Source: the human T2T-CHM13v2.0 reference genome, Homo sapiens. From it: 64,000 nt of DNA. The translations under genes and the position numbers were made by a program. The DNA lies in the NCBI RefSeq assembly GCF_009914755.1, contig NC_060940.1. One strand, given 5' to 3'. Positions 13,935-30,462 of the stretch are shown here, in pieces; within the stretch, counting starts at the first letter, position 1, and each line of letters starts with the position of its first letter. A model generated the notes under the pieces. That model was given only the letters and a program-made list of their open reading frames with translations, did no database searches and had not been told where the DNA came from.

Positions 13935-14945
13935 ACAATTAATTCAGAACACAGAAAAGGAACAAACTATTGATACACACAACAACATGGCTGAATCTCA
14001 AAATCACTTATGGTGCATTAAAGAAGCCAGACTAAAAAGGAGTACACACTATAGGATTTCATTTCTATACATTTCTAGAAAATGTAAACAAAAAGCAGCT
14101 TTTAGCTTTTGGCTCAGAGGAGACCAAAGTGCAACTTTATTCCATCATCCCACATTTGGGTTTATCTAACATTGGCTGCCCCCACCATATGGCCTGAGTT
14201 CAAACCCAATGAGACCAAAGCCATGTATCTGAGGTGCACGGATGGGGATGTCTGTGCCATATCTGCCCTGGCTGCCAAGGTGGATCCTTTGGGTCTGTCT
14301 CCAAAAAAGGTTGTTTATACATTGCGAAGGCAACTGGTGACTGGAGGGTATAAGGATTACAGTGGAACTGACCATTCAGAACAGGCAGTCCCAGATTGTG
14401 ATAGTACCTTCTGCTTCTGCTCTGATCATCAGATCCCTCAAGGAACCCCTAAAAGAGAGAAAGAGACAGGAAAACATTGAGTGCAGTGTAAATATCACTT
14501 TTTATGAGATTGTTAACAATGTCTGACAAATGCAGCATCAATCTTTAGCTAGAGAACTCTCTGGAACCACTAGAGAGATCCTGGGGATGGCCTCATCTGT
14601 GGGCCGCCATGTTGATGGTGCCACCCTCATGACTTCCTAGATGGCTGAATGCCCAGGTAGTAAAGAGCTGCAAAAGAAAATATTTCAGTAAAGGGCTGCT
14701 GGACAACTAGTAGAACAAAACTAAACAAAAGCAAACAAAGAAAAAGGCAGATGGTAGATGGCTGTGGACAGCATTGGAGAGGGGGTGGATTACCAACAGG
14801 TGATAGGAAACTTTTGGGCATTATGGAAATGCTTATTATTTTGATTGTGATGATGGCTTCATGAATGTATGCATATGTCAACATTGGTCAAATTGTGCCC
14901 CTTAAATATGTGTAGCTTACTGTATCAATTATACCTCAATAATGC
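13935..14945 (+). mobile_element. L1ME/MC 3'UTR remnant split by the RPL12 retrocopy
   Basis: 'acaacatggctgaatctcaaaa...aagaagccagac' lies before the pseudogene. 'ttttgattgtgatgatggcttc...caattatacctcaataa' lies after it. Confidence 0.7.
14099..14745 (+). pseudogene. RPL12: Processed pseudogene of ribosomal protein L12 (uL11)
   Basis: Translation [40 protein letters not shown] matches RPL12 [40 protein letters not shown]. Intronless, 5'UTR retained, ATG mutated to ATA at 14187, frameshifts, decayed poly(A) at 14715-14745, TSD-like aaaaagcag / aaaaggcag. Confidence 0.95.
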
Positions 14946-16317
14946 TCTAAAATTAGTTGGTTAGTTGGATGGAAATAGCTGTTCTGAGGCGGCTTACAAT
15001 TTTGTGACCCCAAACAATTTCTAACTCAGAATCAAATGTTAATTTTCCTTAATCACATTTAAGTTGGGAAGAACCTTTTTAACTTTTTTTTTATCTAAAA
15101 GAGGTTATTTTATTCAAAAAAGATTGATAAAAGAGTTTTTTTTTTATCAATCTGCTTTTTCTAGCGTAATTGTCCTTAGGGAAGGCGCACAATGAAAAAA
15201 TTTTGTGGTTTCATTGCAATGTGCTTGCTTTATTTTTTAAAGATTAGTGTCATATCTTTTACATCTGCAATTAGCTAAAGCTGGCAACTTCAAGAATAAA
15301 CCTTGCACCTAAACATGTGGCACTTAACCCTGCACTACCCACAGCAGCAGCTAAAATCATATCTTCCCTTAGAGCAGAGCCTTCATTTGGGGGTGTTAGA
15401 AACATATGCACACTGAGATCAGGTACAAAATCTACACCTGTTCAAAAAAAGGGCCAATCTCTGAAAACTAGGAATCGACCATCCTAAAAGAAATGTCCCA
15501 TTTTCTGCTTCTCAAAAGTAGTCTAATATGCAGCTAAAATAAATGGCAGATTAAAATCTACCTGGATGACCTTGCCTTGAGCGTGCCACCTGATCTCTCG
15601 GGCCTCAGTTTTCTAGCCTAACCTGTTGGTTTATTGGGTTAGATAATTTTTAATAGTGTTTCCTATAATGCGCTTCCAGAATCAGTTGCTAGACACCATT
15701 TTGTGGCTCACCCTTAACCTACCAAATGCAGCTATATTTTTATTCCAAATGTTAAATATTTAATCAACTCTAAGGTGAAACCCAAATGTAATTCATTAAG
15801 CAACTTGGTGTTAAGTCAAATGTAACGGACATGAAAAATGCCTTTTCATTAGTGTCCATTGGCTTCATTGGTTCAAGAATTCTGGCTGATGGAATGAATA
15901 GCAAAATTACTCTCTGTTCAAACAAACTGAAAGTGTATAAGTAAAAATAAAATAGAATAAGCTAGGAGGCTTTCCAGTTGTTTTTTTACTAATTGTGATG
16001 TATTGATTTTCTATGCTGCATTAATGTCTACAGAGTTCACCTTTGGCTGATCCAAAAGATGAATGAATTTAATGAAAAATTTTATTTCGAACTGTGCATA
16101 AAAGTAAAGGTTGGAGAAAGCCCACATGCATGTGAGTGTGCACATACTCACACGAAGGTGTACACAGAATGTGGAGAAAAAGACACGTGGTGCAATTTTT
16201 GTATAGGGGCAGTGGTAGAGACCACCATCAAAGAATCTTTTGTGTTCTGTCTTAGTTCACTTTTGTCCCTTGACTATAGGTCTTGAAAAATTAATCTTTC
16301 AAAAAAAAAAATAACTA

Positions 16318-16629
16318 TTTTTTTTTTTTTTTTTTTTTTTTTTTGGAGACAGGCTCTCGCTTTGTTACCCAGGCTGGAGTGCAGTGGCACGTTCACGGCT
16401 CTCTGCAACTTCAACTTCCTGGGCTCAAGCGATCCTCCCACCTCAGTGTCCTGAGTAGGTAGGACTACAGGCACGTGCGACCATGCCTGGCTAATTAAAA
16501 AAATATTTTACTGTAGAAAAGAGATCTTGCTATGTTGCCCAGGCAGGTCTCAAACTCCTGTGCTCAGTGATTCTCCCACTTCAGCCTCCCAAAGGATTGG
16601 GATAACTGGCATGAGTCAGTGTGCAGCCC
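16318..16629 (-). mobile_element. AluJ
   Basis: Poly-T plus antisense Alu with J diagnostics. Confidence 0.9.
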
Positions 16630-17102
16630 TAAAGTCTTAACTATGGTTTAAATAATAAGGATTTGGCTTTTCCTATTTTCCTATTAGTCAGACTTACGAA
16701 AAAACCCCAACAAGAATTAAACATAATCACACTGAGTTTGTGAAACTAAAATAAGAAAAAAAAAAAAAGGAAAGAAGGAAAAAAGAAAAGGAAGAAAGGA
16801 AGGAATCAAGTGTCATCAGAGCATGTTCTATGTCCCAGCAACATCACTGATCCTTTACTCTATAATAGCCAGTCTTTAGCAGTTTAGAGGGCATTGTTGC
16901 CTTACATTGACATCCTAAAATTCAGTCACTGTGGGCTTGGTTAAGTTGGAGGAAGATCAGCATTCCGTGGAATGTGGCTGTCTTCTGATGGTGACCGTTG
17001 CAGTAGGTTTCCATCCTTAATCTTCAGGGGAAGGCATACTTTTTTTCTCTTTTACTGTCTTACTGCCAGAAGGACATGCCCTCCTCTTTAATTTCCTAGA
17101 GC

Positions 17103-17428
17103 CAGGGGTTGGCAAACCCTAATCTATGCTTCAAATCTGATCCTCTGCCTGTTTTTGTATGGCCTGTGAGCTAAGAATGAATTTTACATTTTTAAATGGT
17201 TGAAAAAAAGTCCAAAGAAGAATAATATTTTTATCGCATGTAAAATTATATTAAATTAAAATTTCAGTGTATATAAAGTTTTATTGGAGCACAGCCACAT
17301 TCATTCATTTACATATTTATGGATGCTTTTCTGCAACAGAGTTAAGTGGTTGTGACAGAGACAGCATGGGCACAAAGCCTAGAATATTTACTATCCAGCC
17401 CTTTACAGAAAATGTTTGCTGAATTTTG
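17103..17428. mobile_element. MER58B-like hAT-Charlie DNA transposon fossil
   Basis: TIR 'caggggttggcaaac' ... 'atttactatccagccctttacagaaaatgtttgctgaa', with internal 'gagctaagaatgaattttacatttttaaatggttgaaaaaaa'. Confidence 0.8.
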
Positions 17429-17883
17429 TCTTAGCTTATCGCAGAGATTTTACTGAAGACTGGTAATAAGGAAAGAGAAGTAAAACATGCCGTAATTTAC
17501 AGTTCTGGCACAGCCTCAGGTCCTTCACCAGACTGGCTTCTTGTTTCTTTCTGGAACTGTCACTGTGGCCAGGAGTAGCCAATACCAAATGTTGTATTGC
17601 CCTGACTCCTTGCCCCAGAAGGACCTCTTCGCAGGACGGCTGAGAATGAAAATGTCGTTTCACTTTAAGAAAACTCTACTCCCATCTGTGGGAGTGTAGT
17701 CTGGATCTGAGATCCCTCCAAGACAATTAATTACACAATAAACCTGTACCAGCATAGTAGTTGCTCCTTATTTACAGATTCGCTTTCTGTGGTTTCAGTT
17801 ACCAGAGGTCAACTGCGTCAGAAAACATTACATAGGATAAGATATTTTGAAACACACACACACACACACAACATTTACCTAAC

Positions 17884-18184
17884 TTTTTTTTTTTTTTTTT
17901 GAGACAAGAGTCTTGCTGTGTCACCCAGGCTGAAGTGCAGTGGTGTGACCTCAGCTCACTGCAACCCTCCGCCTCCTGGGTTCAAGCGATTCATGTGCCT
18001 CAGCCTCCCACGTAGCTGGGATTACAGGCATGTGCCACCATGTCAGGCTAATTTTTGTATTTTTAGTAGAGATGGGATTTTATTATGTTGCTTAGGCTGG
18101 TCTCAAACTCCTGGCCTCAAGTGATCCATCTGCCTCAGCCTCCCAAAGTGCTGGGATTATAGGCATGAGCCACCAAGCCTGGCC
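17884..18184 (-). mobile_element. Alu (S/J)
   Basis: Poly-T plus full antisense Alu. Confidence 0.9.
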
Positions 18185-18379
18185 TACAAAACATTTAATA
18201 CCGTATATTGTTATAATTGTTCTATTTTATTATTATTATTGTATAATTTATAATTTTTACCATGGGTATGTGTGTATAGGAAAAAAACATAGTATATACA
18301 GTGTATAAGGTTTAGTACTATGTATGGTTTCAGGCATCTACTATGCATGTTAAAACGCATCCCCCATGGATAAAGGGAG

Positions 18380-18558
18380 TGATATGATCTAGCTCTGTGT
18401 CCCCACCTAAATCTCATCTCGAATTGTAATCCCCAAGTGTTGAGGGAAGGGACCTGGTGGGAGGTGATTGGATCATGGGGGCAGATTTCCTACTTGCTGT
18501 TCTCATGATAGTGAGTTCCCACGAGATCTGATTGTTTGATGGTTGTCTGGTGCTTCCC

Positions 18559-18597
<39 letters not shown>

Positions 18598-18768
18598 GCC
18601 ACCTTGTGAAGAAGGTACCTGCTTCCTCTTCTACTTCTACCATGATTGTTGTAAGTTTCCTGAGGCCTCCCCAGTCACATAGAACGGTGAGTTAATTACA
18701 CCTCTTTGCCTTATAAATTACCCAGTCTCAGGTATTTTTTAATAGCAGTGTGAAAACAGATGAATACA
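18380..18768 (+). mobile_element. MSTA-like MaLR solo LTR containing (CT)n
   Basis: TG...CA ends ('tgatatgatctagctctgtgtccccacc' ... 'gatgaataca') with 5-bp TSD gggag/ggggg. Confidence 0.85.
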
Positions 18769-20034
18769 GGGGGACTACTGTGTAGTCCCCAAAGTCTGGT
18801 TTATTCAATCCTGTGATCTGGGTTAGACTGAGTGAAATTCAGCACCACTTTTTTATTTTTTTGTAGCGTTTTCAAATAAAGGCGTCAACAATCTTGTCTA
18901 TAGTCACACCCAAGGTTACTTTGAACCAGCATGTTCATCCGTAAAATAGAGATGATAACATTCACCTCATTGAGTTTCTCATCACCACACTGAGGTGTTG
19001 AATAAACTTGCCTGAGGTTGCATAGACCACAAATGTCAGAGTTGGGATCTGAATCTAATTTTGTCAACCCCAAACTTCCTTTTTTGGGAGTTTCTTCATG
19101 AGTAAATATATGATTTCCACTGAATTTTTGGAAACTTTTCAGAGTTTGTAGAATTCCATATAATGGCATATGGGACCCTTGGAAGGTGCTCACAAGCTCA
19201 CCTCCTGGAATCAGAGAAACCTGAGTTTGAATCACCATTTTGCCACTTACTAAATGAGGAATATCTCTTCAGAATGTCTCTTGGAATCTCAGAGGACATC
19301 GTCCATAAAATGGGAATGATAATGGTACTTACAGGAAACTTGTGAAAGGTAAATGACATACAAATGCAAATAATTTGTTACAGTCTGACACTTAGCAAGT
19401 GTTCTGAGTGTTATTGGCTATTATTTCATTCCAATTGGATAAAAATGAAACTCCTATGTAGTAATAGCTTACTCTTCCCACTGTGAAACATCAATTTCTC
19501 AAATATTATCTCAGGTTTAACTGTTTTTTTAAAGTTCAGATGTACACTGTTGAATTCCCCTTGAATTTTGCTGCCAGCTTTTGAGAGCCTTCAAATGCAT
19601 TTGAAGGTTGCTTTGGGGAAGGGGCACTTGGGGAGATACCAATGCGGCAACCACTGGTGGTTTTTGACGAGGTCTTGAGAGTCAATGATGTTCAGGGACA
19701 AGGGGGCTTCAAAATGCTCTTCATGATCCATTAGGCATTGGATCATTTACATGGCTCAGAAGTACATGGAGACATTTGTAGGAATCTGTACTATCAGCAG
19801 CCTACAATGAGCCCATTCTTGTCACCACAGACTCTTAACATTTCCGTTCTAAGAATTGCAGTGATGGTTGACACTTCATTTCAAAGAACAGACTGAACAC
19901 ACTGTTCTTTATGAAGACGTTAGCAGATGTACTTTTAAAGTTTTAAAATGTTTCCGAGTAGGACAGCTATGTAAAAAAGGCACTGTGTGTCTTAATGTGC
20001 TAAGAATATTAAGAAGTGAGATACATTCTGTTAA

Positions 20035-20502
<468 letters not shown>

Positions 20503-21339
20503 TAATTTATCAGTAAGGTCTATTTTTACCATACCACATTGGATCAACAATACATCTAGAAATCATGTATCCTAGTACTGTTTTTCAACCATTTCTCTCC
20601 AGTGGAGTTATTTTCGTATAGTTTTCTACTTGAACAATTTCCTATGCTAAACTCTAGATGGGGTTCTTATTCTATCTCAAAATATATGTGAAGGGGAAAA
20701 CATAAGAGGGGAATGCTGAGAATGGGATGGAAAACTCACTTGTTTTCTTAACTGATAGTTTTAGCCAGTCAGCCAGATTGTTGGTTACTGTTCTTAGAAT
20801 GGAGTCCGCTCCAAAAGGAAGCTTTTTGTATCTTGTCTGTCAAATTGTTAAGAAGGAAGTCAACACATAGTTCATGAAGACTTCCTTTATTTGATTGTTT
20901 TCTCCTTGTAGTGGGGCCAAATTCCATGAATGATAGAGTGTTTGCATTTTATGAGCGATGCTACCATACTGTCTTTCAGATCTCAGTGTTTAATTGGTTC
21001 TAGTGCTGTGAGTCATTACTTAGCTTGAATTCTTTAGGTTCTGGCTTGGATAATTACCATTTCTCTTTGTTTGTATTTTGACTGAAGTAAAACATCTCTG
21101 AATATAGAACCCTTTAGTCCCACAGGCAAGTGCTAATGTCTCCAGCTTTTTCCCCCACCCCAGATTCACATTGCTTTGATACAAGGGGCTGGGGCTTGGT
21201 GTGAGGGTAAATGTGATGCCGGCATTTCAAATTCACCAGGGCCAATGTTAGATGGCCTCTTGCTCAGCCTGATCCACTGGAATCTGTTTTGCTTCTTCCT
21301 CAAATTGCCCCCTTTTTTTTTTCCAGTGATATATCCACC

Positions 21340-22340
21340 CCACCACCTCAATGTCATACTGTTAATAATTCATCTTTGACATCTCTCTTTTCCTTAACTC
21401 CTTGCCTGTAATCTAATGACAGGTCCTGTCATTTCTAGTTGTGAAATATTTCTCCATCTCACTATCATCCCCTTGGTTTAAGACACTGTCATTTCCTCTA
21501 CCTCAATGGCCTGTTTCCCCCAATTATACTATTTTCACTTCTGCATCATTTTCTACACTGCAGCCAGATAGAATGGTGTCATAGGCACTTTTGATTATTT
21601 TTGCTGTGAACATTGCTAAAAAGCCTTCAAGAGCTTCTTCACACCATTGAAACAAAAACACCAATCCCCAGCCTGACGCAGAAGGACCCCCATGGTCTGG
21701 CCTCCATCTGTTTCTACAGACTCACTTCATGCCCCGTCAACTCATTGTATTCTATCCACAATGGGCTTCTCTCAGTATTTTTTTTGAAACAGGGTCTCTC
21801 TCTGTCATCCAGGCTGGAGTGCAGTGGTGCCATTACAGCTTACTGCAGCCTTGACCTCATCCTGGGTTCAAGCGATCCTCTGGCCTCAGCCTCCAGAGCA
21901 GCTGGGGCCACAGGCACACACTATCACACCTGGCTGATTTTTTCTTTTTCTTTCTGTAGAACTGGGGTCTTGCTCTGTTGTCCAGGCTTGTTTCGAACTC
22001 CTAGACTCAAGTGATCCTCCCACCTCAGCCTCCCAACATGCTGGGATTATAGGTGTGAACCACTGTGCCTGGCCTCAGTCTTTTTAACTTGCCAAGTTCT
22101 TCTACTCTTCCCTGCATGCTTTTCTGGAACATGCCAACTCAGATTTTAGGTCTCAGAATCTGAGAGGCCCTCCATTACTTCTCTGCACCTCAGCTACACT
22201 CCCAGGTAACGTAGGGTCCTCTTGTTTACTCTCTCCCAACAGCTGTTATTTTTCTTCACCTGGCCTCTTCTCTATTGTTGTTGTGCAACTGTGAGAGAAT
22301 TTTTGGGTGTCTTTTTCCTACTAGCTGGGGCTCCATGAGG
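21340..22340 (+). mobile_element. L2 remnant interrupted by AluJ (21779-22074, minus)
   Basis: L2 phrases ('attttctacactgcagccaga', 'gctaaaaagccttcaagagcttc'). Alu TSD tcagtattttt / tcagtcttttt. Confidence 0.7.
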
Positions 22341-22745
22341 AAAACACCACAAGTTATCAGAATTATAAAAAAAACTATCCCTTTTTTTCCTCAAAATTTC
22401 AATACCCCCTTCCTCTTTTCCTAGCTTATCGCCTCCCTGTTTATTTCACTGAAACAAACAGAAGTAATCAGAAGAAAATTAATCCAGCTTCCCGGTGATA
22501 AATCTCCCAAATGCCTACATCTTCTGCCGATCCCTCTTTCATAGAGGAGGAAATGTCCAGCCTTTATCTGTTCCCCTCCTCACACACCTCGGATACTAGA
22601 CCTCATACCTGTCTGTCATCTGCTTGAGAACTTCAAGCCTGCATTCACTCCTTTCTCTTCTGAATCACCCATTTTCCTCTTCTTGCCAGATTTATCTCAT
22701 CAGTATAAACACATGACCTCATATATTTCACCTTTTAAAAGTCCT

Positions 22746-23025
22746 GGCTGGGCACGGTGACTCAGGCTTGTAGTCTCAGCACATTGGGAGGTCAAGGCAG
22801 GAGGATTGCTTGAACCCTGGAGTTAGAGGCCGGCCTGGGCAACATGGCAAAACCCCATCTCTACAAAAAATACCAAAATTAGCCAGGCATGGTGACATGC
22901 ACCTGTAGTCTCAGTTACTCAGGAGGCTGAGGTGGAGGATACATTGAGCCCGGGAGATTGAAGTTGCAGTGAGCTATGATCATGCCACTGCATTCCAGCC
23001 TGCATGACAGAGCAAGACCCTGTCT

Positions 23026-23060
<35 letters not shown>
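22746..23060 (+). mobile_element. AluJ with long A tail, inside an L2 remnant (~22420-23330)
   Basis: Sense Alu with TSD aaaagtcct / aaaagttct. Confidence 0.9.
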
Positions 23061-23063
<3 letters not shown>

Positions 23064-23334
23064 CTGCTTCAGATACTATCAACTTGTGTATTTTTCTTTA
23101 TTGCAAATTTCTGAAAAGTATCTGTATCCTGTATTTATATATTTTCGCTGTACTTCCTTTCCTCCATTTCTGCCCTCCCTACCTCTAGAAACTTCATTTG
23201 TCATGCTTGTCTGTGCCTTTCTCTTGCTGCTGTCATTGGCCACTTCTTAAAATTCATCTTGTTTAGCCTTTGAGCAGCTTTTGGAATGGTTGATTATCCC
23301 TTCCTGGTTGAAACATTTCTTTCCCCCAACGTAA

Positions 23335-24497
<1,163 letters not shown>

Positions 24498-25771
24498 AGA
24501 CACCCCACTCTCCTGTTTTTCCTCCTACACCATAGGCTGCTTCTTCTAAAGTTCACTTTCAGCCTGTCCTCCTCTTCCCTACGTTGATATTGGATCAGAC
24601 TAGCGCTCAGACCTCATGCATCTTTTCTTTTCTTCTTTAGCCTAGATGATAACATTTGACTTCAAGGCTTTAATTCTTACCTACATCCTGAGGTTTCCCC
24701 TTTGTACATACCCTTGGGCTTCCCCTGACTTAGAGGATGTGCATATGAACGAGTAAAAAGAGATAATGTTTCTCTTTTCACAGAAAGACACAGCAAAAAA
24801 GCCCAAATAAGAGTACGCGAAGGAATCTCACCTTTAGTTATGATCATCTGTGCCACTCTCATGTATTTCCTTCTTTGTGGTTAGAAAGATGTCTGTTTTA
24901 AGGACTCGAAGTCCGCAGACTGTTTCGGTTGATATGCAGACTGTATTTTACATCTAAATGTCCCTCCTAAAAGGTCTTCCTATGAGCTACATTGGAATGC
25001 CACTACTGGTGCCAAGACTTCAAACAATTTTATGCAGGTTTGAATTAAGAGTAGGAAATGAAAGCTGCTCATAGCAAATTGGCTTCTCTGCCTTCCCAGG
25101 AGTCATTTTCTACTTTCAAGCAGTTAGGAAAATCATAAGTATTACTTTTTTGGTTATTAAATATATGAATGACACTAGAATTTCAGGTTGTGTTTTAGGG
25201 AGATTTGTGATTTAAAGCCTCAGATACTATGATATGCATGGTTGTTTAAAATGAATAAAATATCTGAAGAATTATTTATTTTCTGGGAAAATAGGTCAAT
25301 TAGTATATGTGAAAACACAGTATGGCCAGGTTTTTGTGGCTCATGTACAAGATTGATTGAGGTGCCTCTTCTCCTTTTATTATGTGGTAAATTTTTACAG
25401 GTTGTTTAGATTCGTCCTTTTCAGACTTCTGTGGTGATGTCTGTAGTGGTTTAAAATATTGGTGATTCATAGGGGTACTAAATTTCAGGTGTTAAACAGG
25501 ACACATTGTCAGGAAGTGTCTGTTTTAACTGACAATAATGAAGGGAAATGTTTTTAATATTAAAGTAGGCATGATTATATTATTAAGCTAACCTTTACTG
25601 ATATACAATACTTAAATGGCATTCATTAAGCGATTACTTAAGACTTCCTGATTCTCCCTCAGCCCTGGGGCTATGTGCTTACTCTTCCCTGGAGTTAGAA
25701 CTACATTGATGAGAGATTTGGGCAGCACATATACTTTGGTGGAGGGGGGCACATAAGCAATATCATGTTTA

Positions 25772-26099
<328 letters not shown>

Positions 26100-26559
26100 T
26101 AACAGAGTCCAAGCTCGGCCTCATGTTTATTTCTAACAGCGTCTAAGCTCCCCCAATTGTGGGACTATACCTTCCTTTATTTCATAGCCCAGCAAGCAGC
26201 ACAGTGCTTGGCACTGAGATAGAACTCTAATAAAACTTATTGACTGGAACTAAACCAGATAGAATATAGAAATTTCAAAAATAATCTGTAAGGCAATAAC
26301 AGAATCTCTACAAACATAGAAAGGTTGTATTGTTCTCTGGCAAAAGGACTTCCTGGTTCTTACATGGGGCAGTGGTTGGTTGGACCTAAGAGTCGGAGTT
26401 TGGGAATCACTGGCATGGACAGGGGATGGCAAGGAATTCGTGGGGCTACTGTCCGAGCATCATTAGAAGATTGCTAGAAACTTAGGGCACAATGATTTGA
26501 TTTGCATTCACAGACCCAAATATGATGGGCTAATGGCTATATGGAGACCTGCATTTACA

Positions 26560-26935
26560 ACCAGATAGACAAATCTTGATATAGTCACACTGTACAGCAA
26601 TGAGAGTGAACAAACTATAGTCAGAACAGTATAGATGAATCTCATGAATTTAGGGATCACTCTGTGTGATTGTGTTTCTATAAAGTTCTGAAAAAGAAGA
26701 GAAGCAAAATGAATGCATGGTGTTAGAAGTCACTCTGATTGGTATACCAGTTACCCTTGCCTGGGTAATTTGTTCAAGGCATAAGGGGACTTTGGGGACT
26801 GTGGCAATACCGTGTTCTTTGATTGGGTGCTGTCTATGCAGAAATGTTTACTTTGTGACAAGTTTATCAATTTGTACAATTAGAATTTGTGCACTTTTCT
26901 GTGTGTATGTTATACGTCAATAAAAAGTTAAAACA
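26560..26935 (+). mobile_element. L1ME 3'-end remnant
   Basis: Ends 'atttgtgcacttttctgtgtgtatgttatacgtcaataaaaagtt'. Confidence 0.65.
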
Positions 26936-27161
26936 ACTAACTTAAATAAAATGTGAGCATGAGCAAGAGAACACCTAAGATTGCTAGAATCTGCCCAGAA
27001 GTACCGAGATACCATCATAGGGAAAACTGACTTGAGAAGGACAAGGATCTGAGAATAAATGGGCCGCGTTGTTTCAGTTCACTTACACCTGAAACTCCTG
27101 AGTTTTATCCTTTTTCATCAAGCTCTAAGGATTCTGTATATCAGGCCAATAATAGGGGTTA

Positions 27162-27978
<817 letters not shown>

Positions 27979-28482
27979 AATTTCCAATCTGAGAAAGCAG
28001 CAGTGCAGACTTTTAGCTTTTTCTCCTTTTTTTCCCCCCAGCATATTCAGCAGGAAGGGCCACAGGTCTGGAGGTGGCTTTGGGACTCCTTCCTTTGCTC
28101 TAAGTTTTCAGGAGTATCAGGAATTGCTGCTAACTGTTGTTGAGAAATCATTTTAAGGATCATACAAAATCCTGGTAATAATTGAAAGGAATTCAAAGCT
28201 ATTTATACTGGGGCCTTATCCCAGGTTCTGCCCAAGTTGCTCTAGGTGGAAGATGAATGTGGATCCCTTTATTCCTTTTACTTTTAGCCAAATGAGTTAG
28301 AATCAAAACCTTTTCTTATATGTTAGGTGGCATTCAAGGAGGTGTACTCTTTCCCATCCTGAACATGGGGTCAAAATAATGTAGAATTTGTGATATTGGT
28401 GTGGGGCCAGTTAGAAAAATTATGTTATTAGACAAAAACTATCCTACCTCATGTCGTAATTCTGTTTATGTTAAAAATAAAG

Positions 28483-28799
28483 AGGCTGGGCACAGTGGCT
28501 TAGGCCTGTAATCCCAGCACTTTTGGAGGCTGATGTGGGTGGATCACTTGAGGCCAGGAGTTTGAGACAAGCCTGGCCAACATAGCAAAACCTCATCACT
28601 ACTAAAAACACAAACAATTAGCTGAGCATGGTGGTGCATGCTTGTAATCCCAGCTACTCAGGAGGCTGAGGCATGAGAATCGCTTGAATCCGGGAGGCAG
28701 AGCTTGTAGTGAGCCGAGATTGCACCACTGCACTCCAGCCTGGGCGACAGAGGGAGACTCTGTCTCAAAACAAACAGAAACAAACAAAGCAAACAAACT
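28483..28799 (+). mobile_element. Alu (S/J) with (CAAA)n tail
   Basis: Sense dimeric Alu. Confidence 0.9.
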
Positions 28800-28918
28800 A
28801 CCCTTCCTATTCTGTGTGTGTTGGTATGCTTGCATGCAAGCTCACTGTGTGTTATGTGACCTGTCATGGAGATGCCTAAAGAAGTTGTGTTTAAGGGATA
28901 ATGAATTTCATCTCATAA

Positions 28919-30297
<1,379 letters not shown>

Positions 30298-30339
30298 TTA
30301 AAACATTTTTTGACCATTTAAAACATTTTTAATTTTTAA

Positions 30340-30462
30340 TTTTTTAGAGATGGGGTCTTGCTATATTGCCCAGGCTGGTCCCGAATTCCTGGGCTCAAGT
30401 CATCCTCCCGCCTCAACCTCCCAAAGTGCTGGGATTATAGGCATGAGCTGCAGAGCCCGGCC
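30340..30462 (-). mobile_element. FLAM/Alu left monomer, followed by an L1M 3' fragment (~30465-30670)
   Basis: Single-monomer antisense Alu, then 'ttttaagtgtatagttcagtagtgttacatatattcacattgttgtgcaac'. Confidence 0.8.

Larger units (their letters stand above)
17755..18780. mobile_element. MER44 (Tigger7-derived) fossil interrupted by an Alu and an MSTA LTR
   Basis: 'tagtagttgctccttatttacagattcgctttctgtggtttcagttacc' at the left end. 'cccccatggataaagggag|LTR|gggggactactg' at the right end. Confidence 0.75.

Noticed and set aside
14109-14480. 123-aa ORF with RPL12 similarity
   Set aside because: It is a pseudogene: the native ATG is mutated, the ORF starts at a non-ATG codon and frameshifts out of the RPL12 frame.
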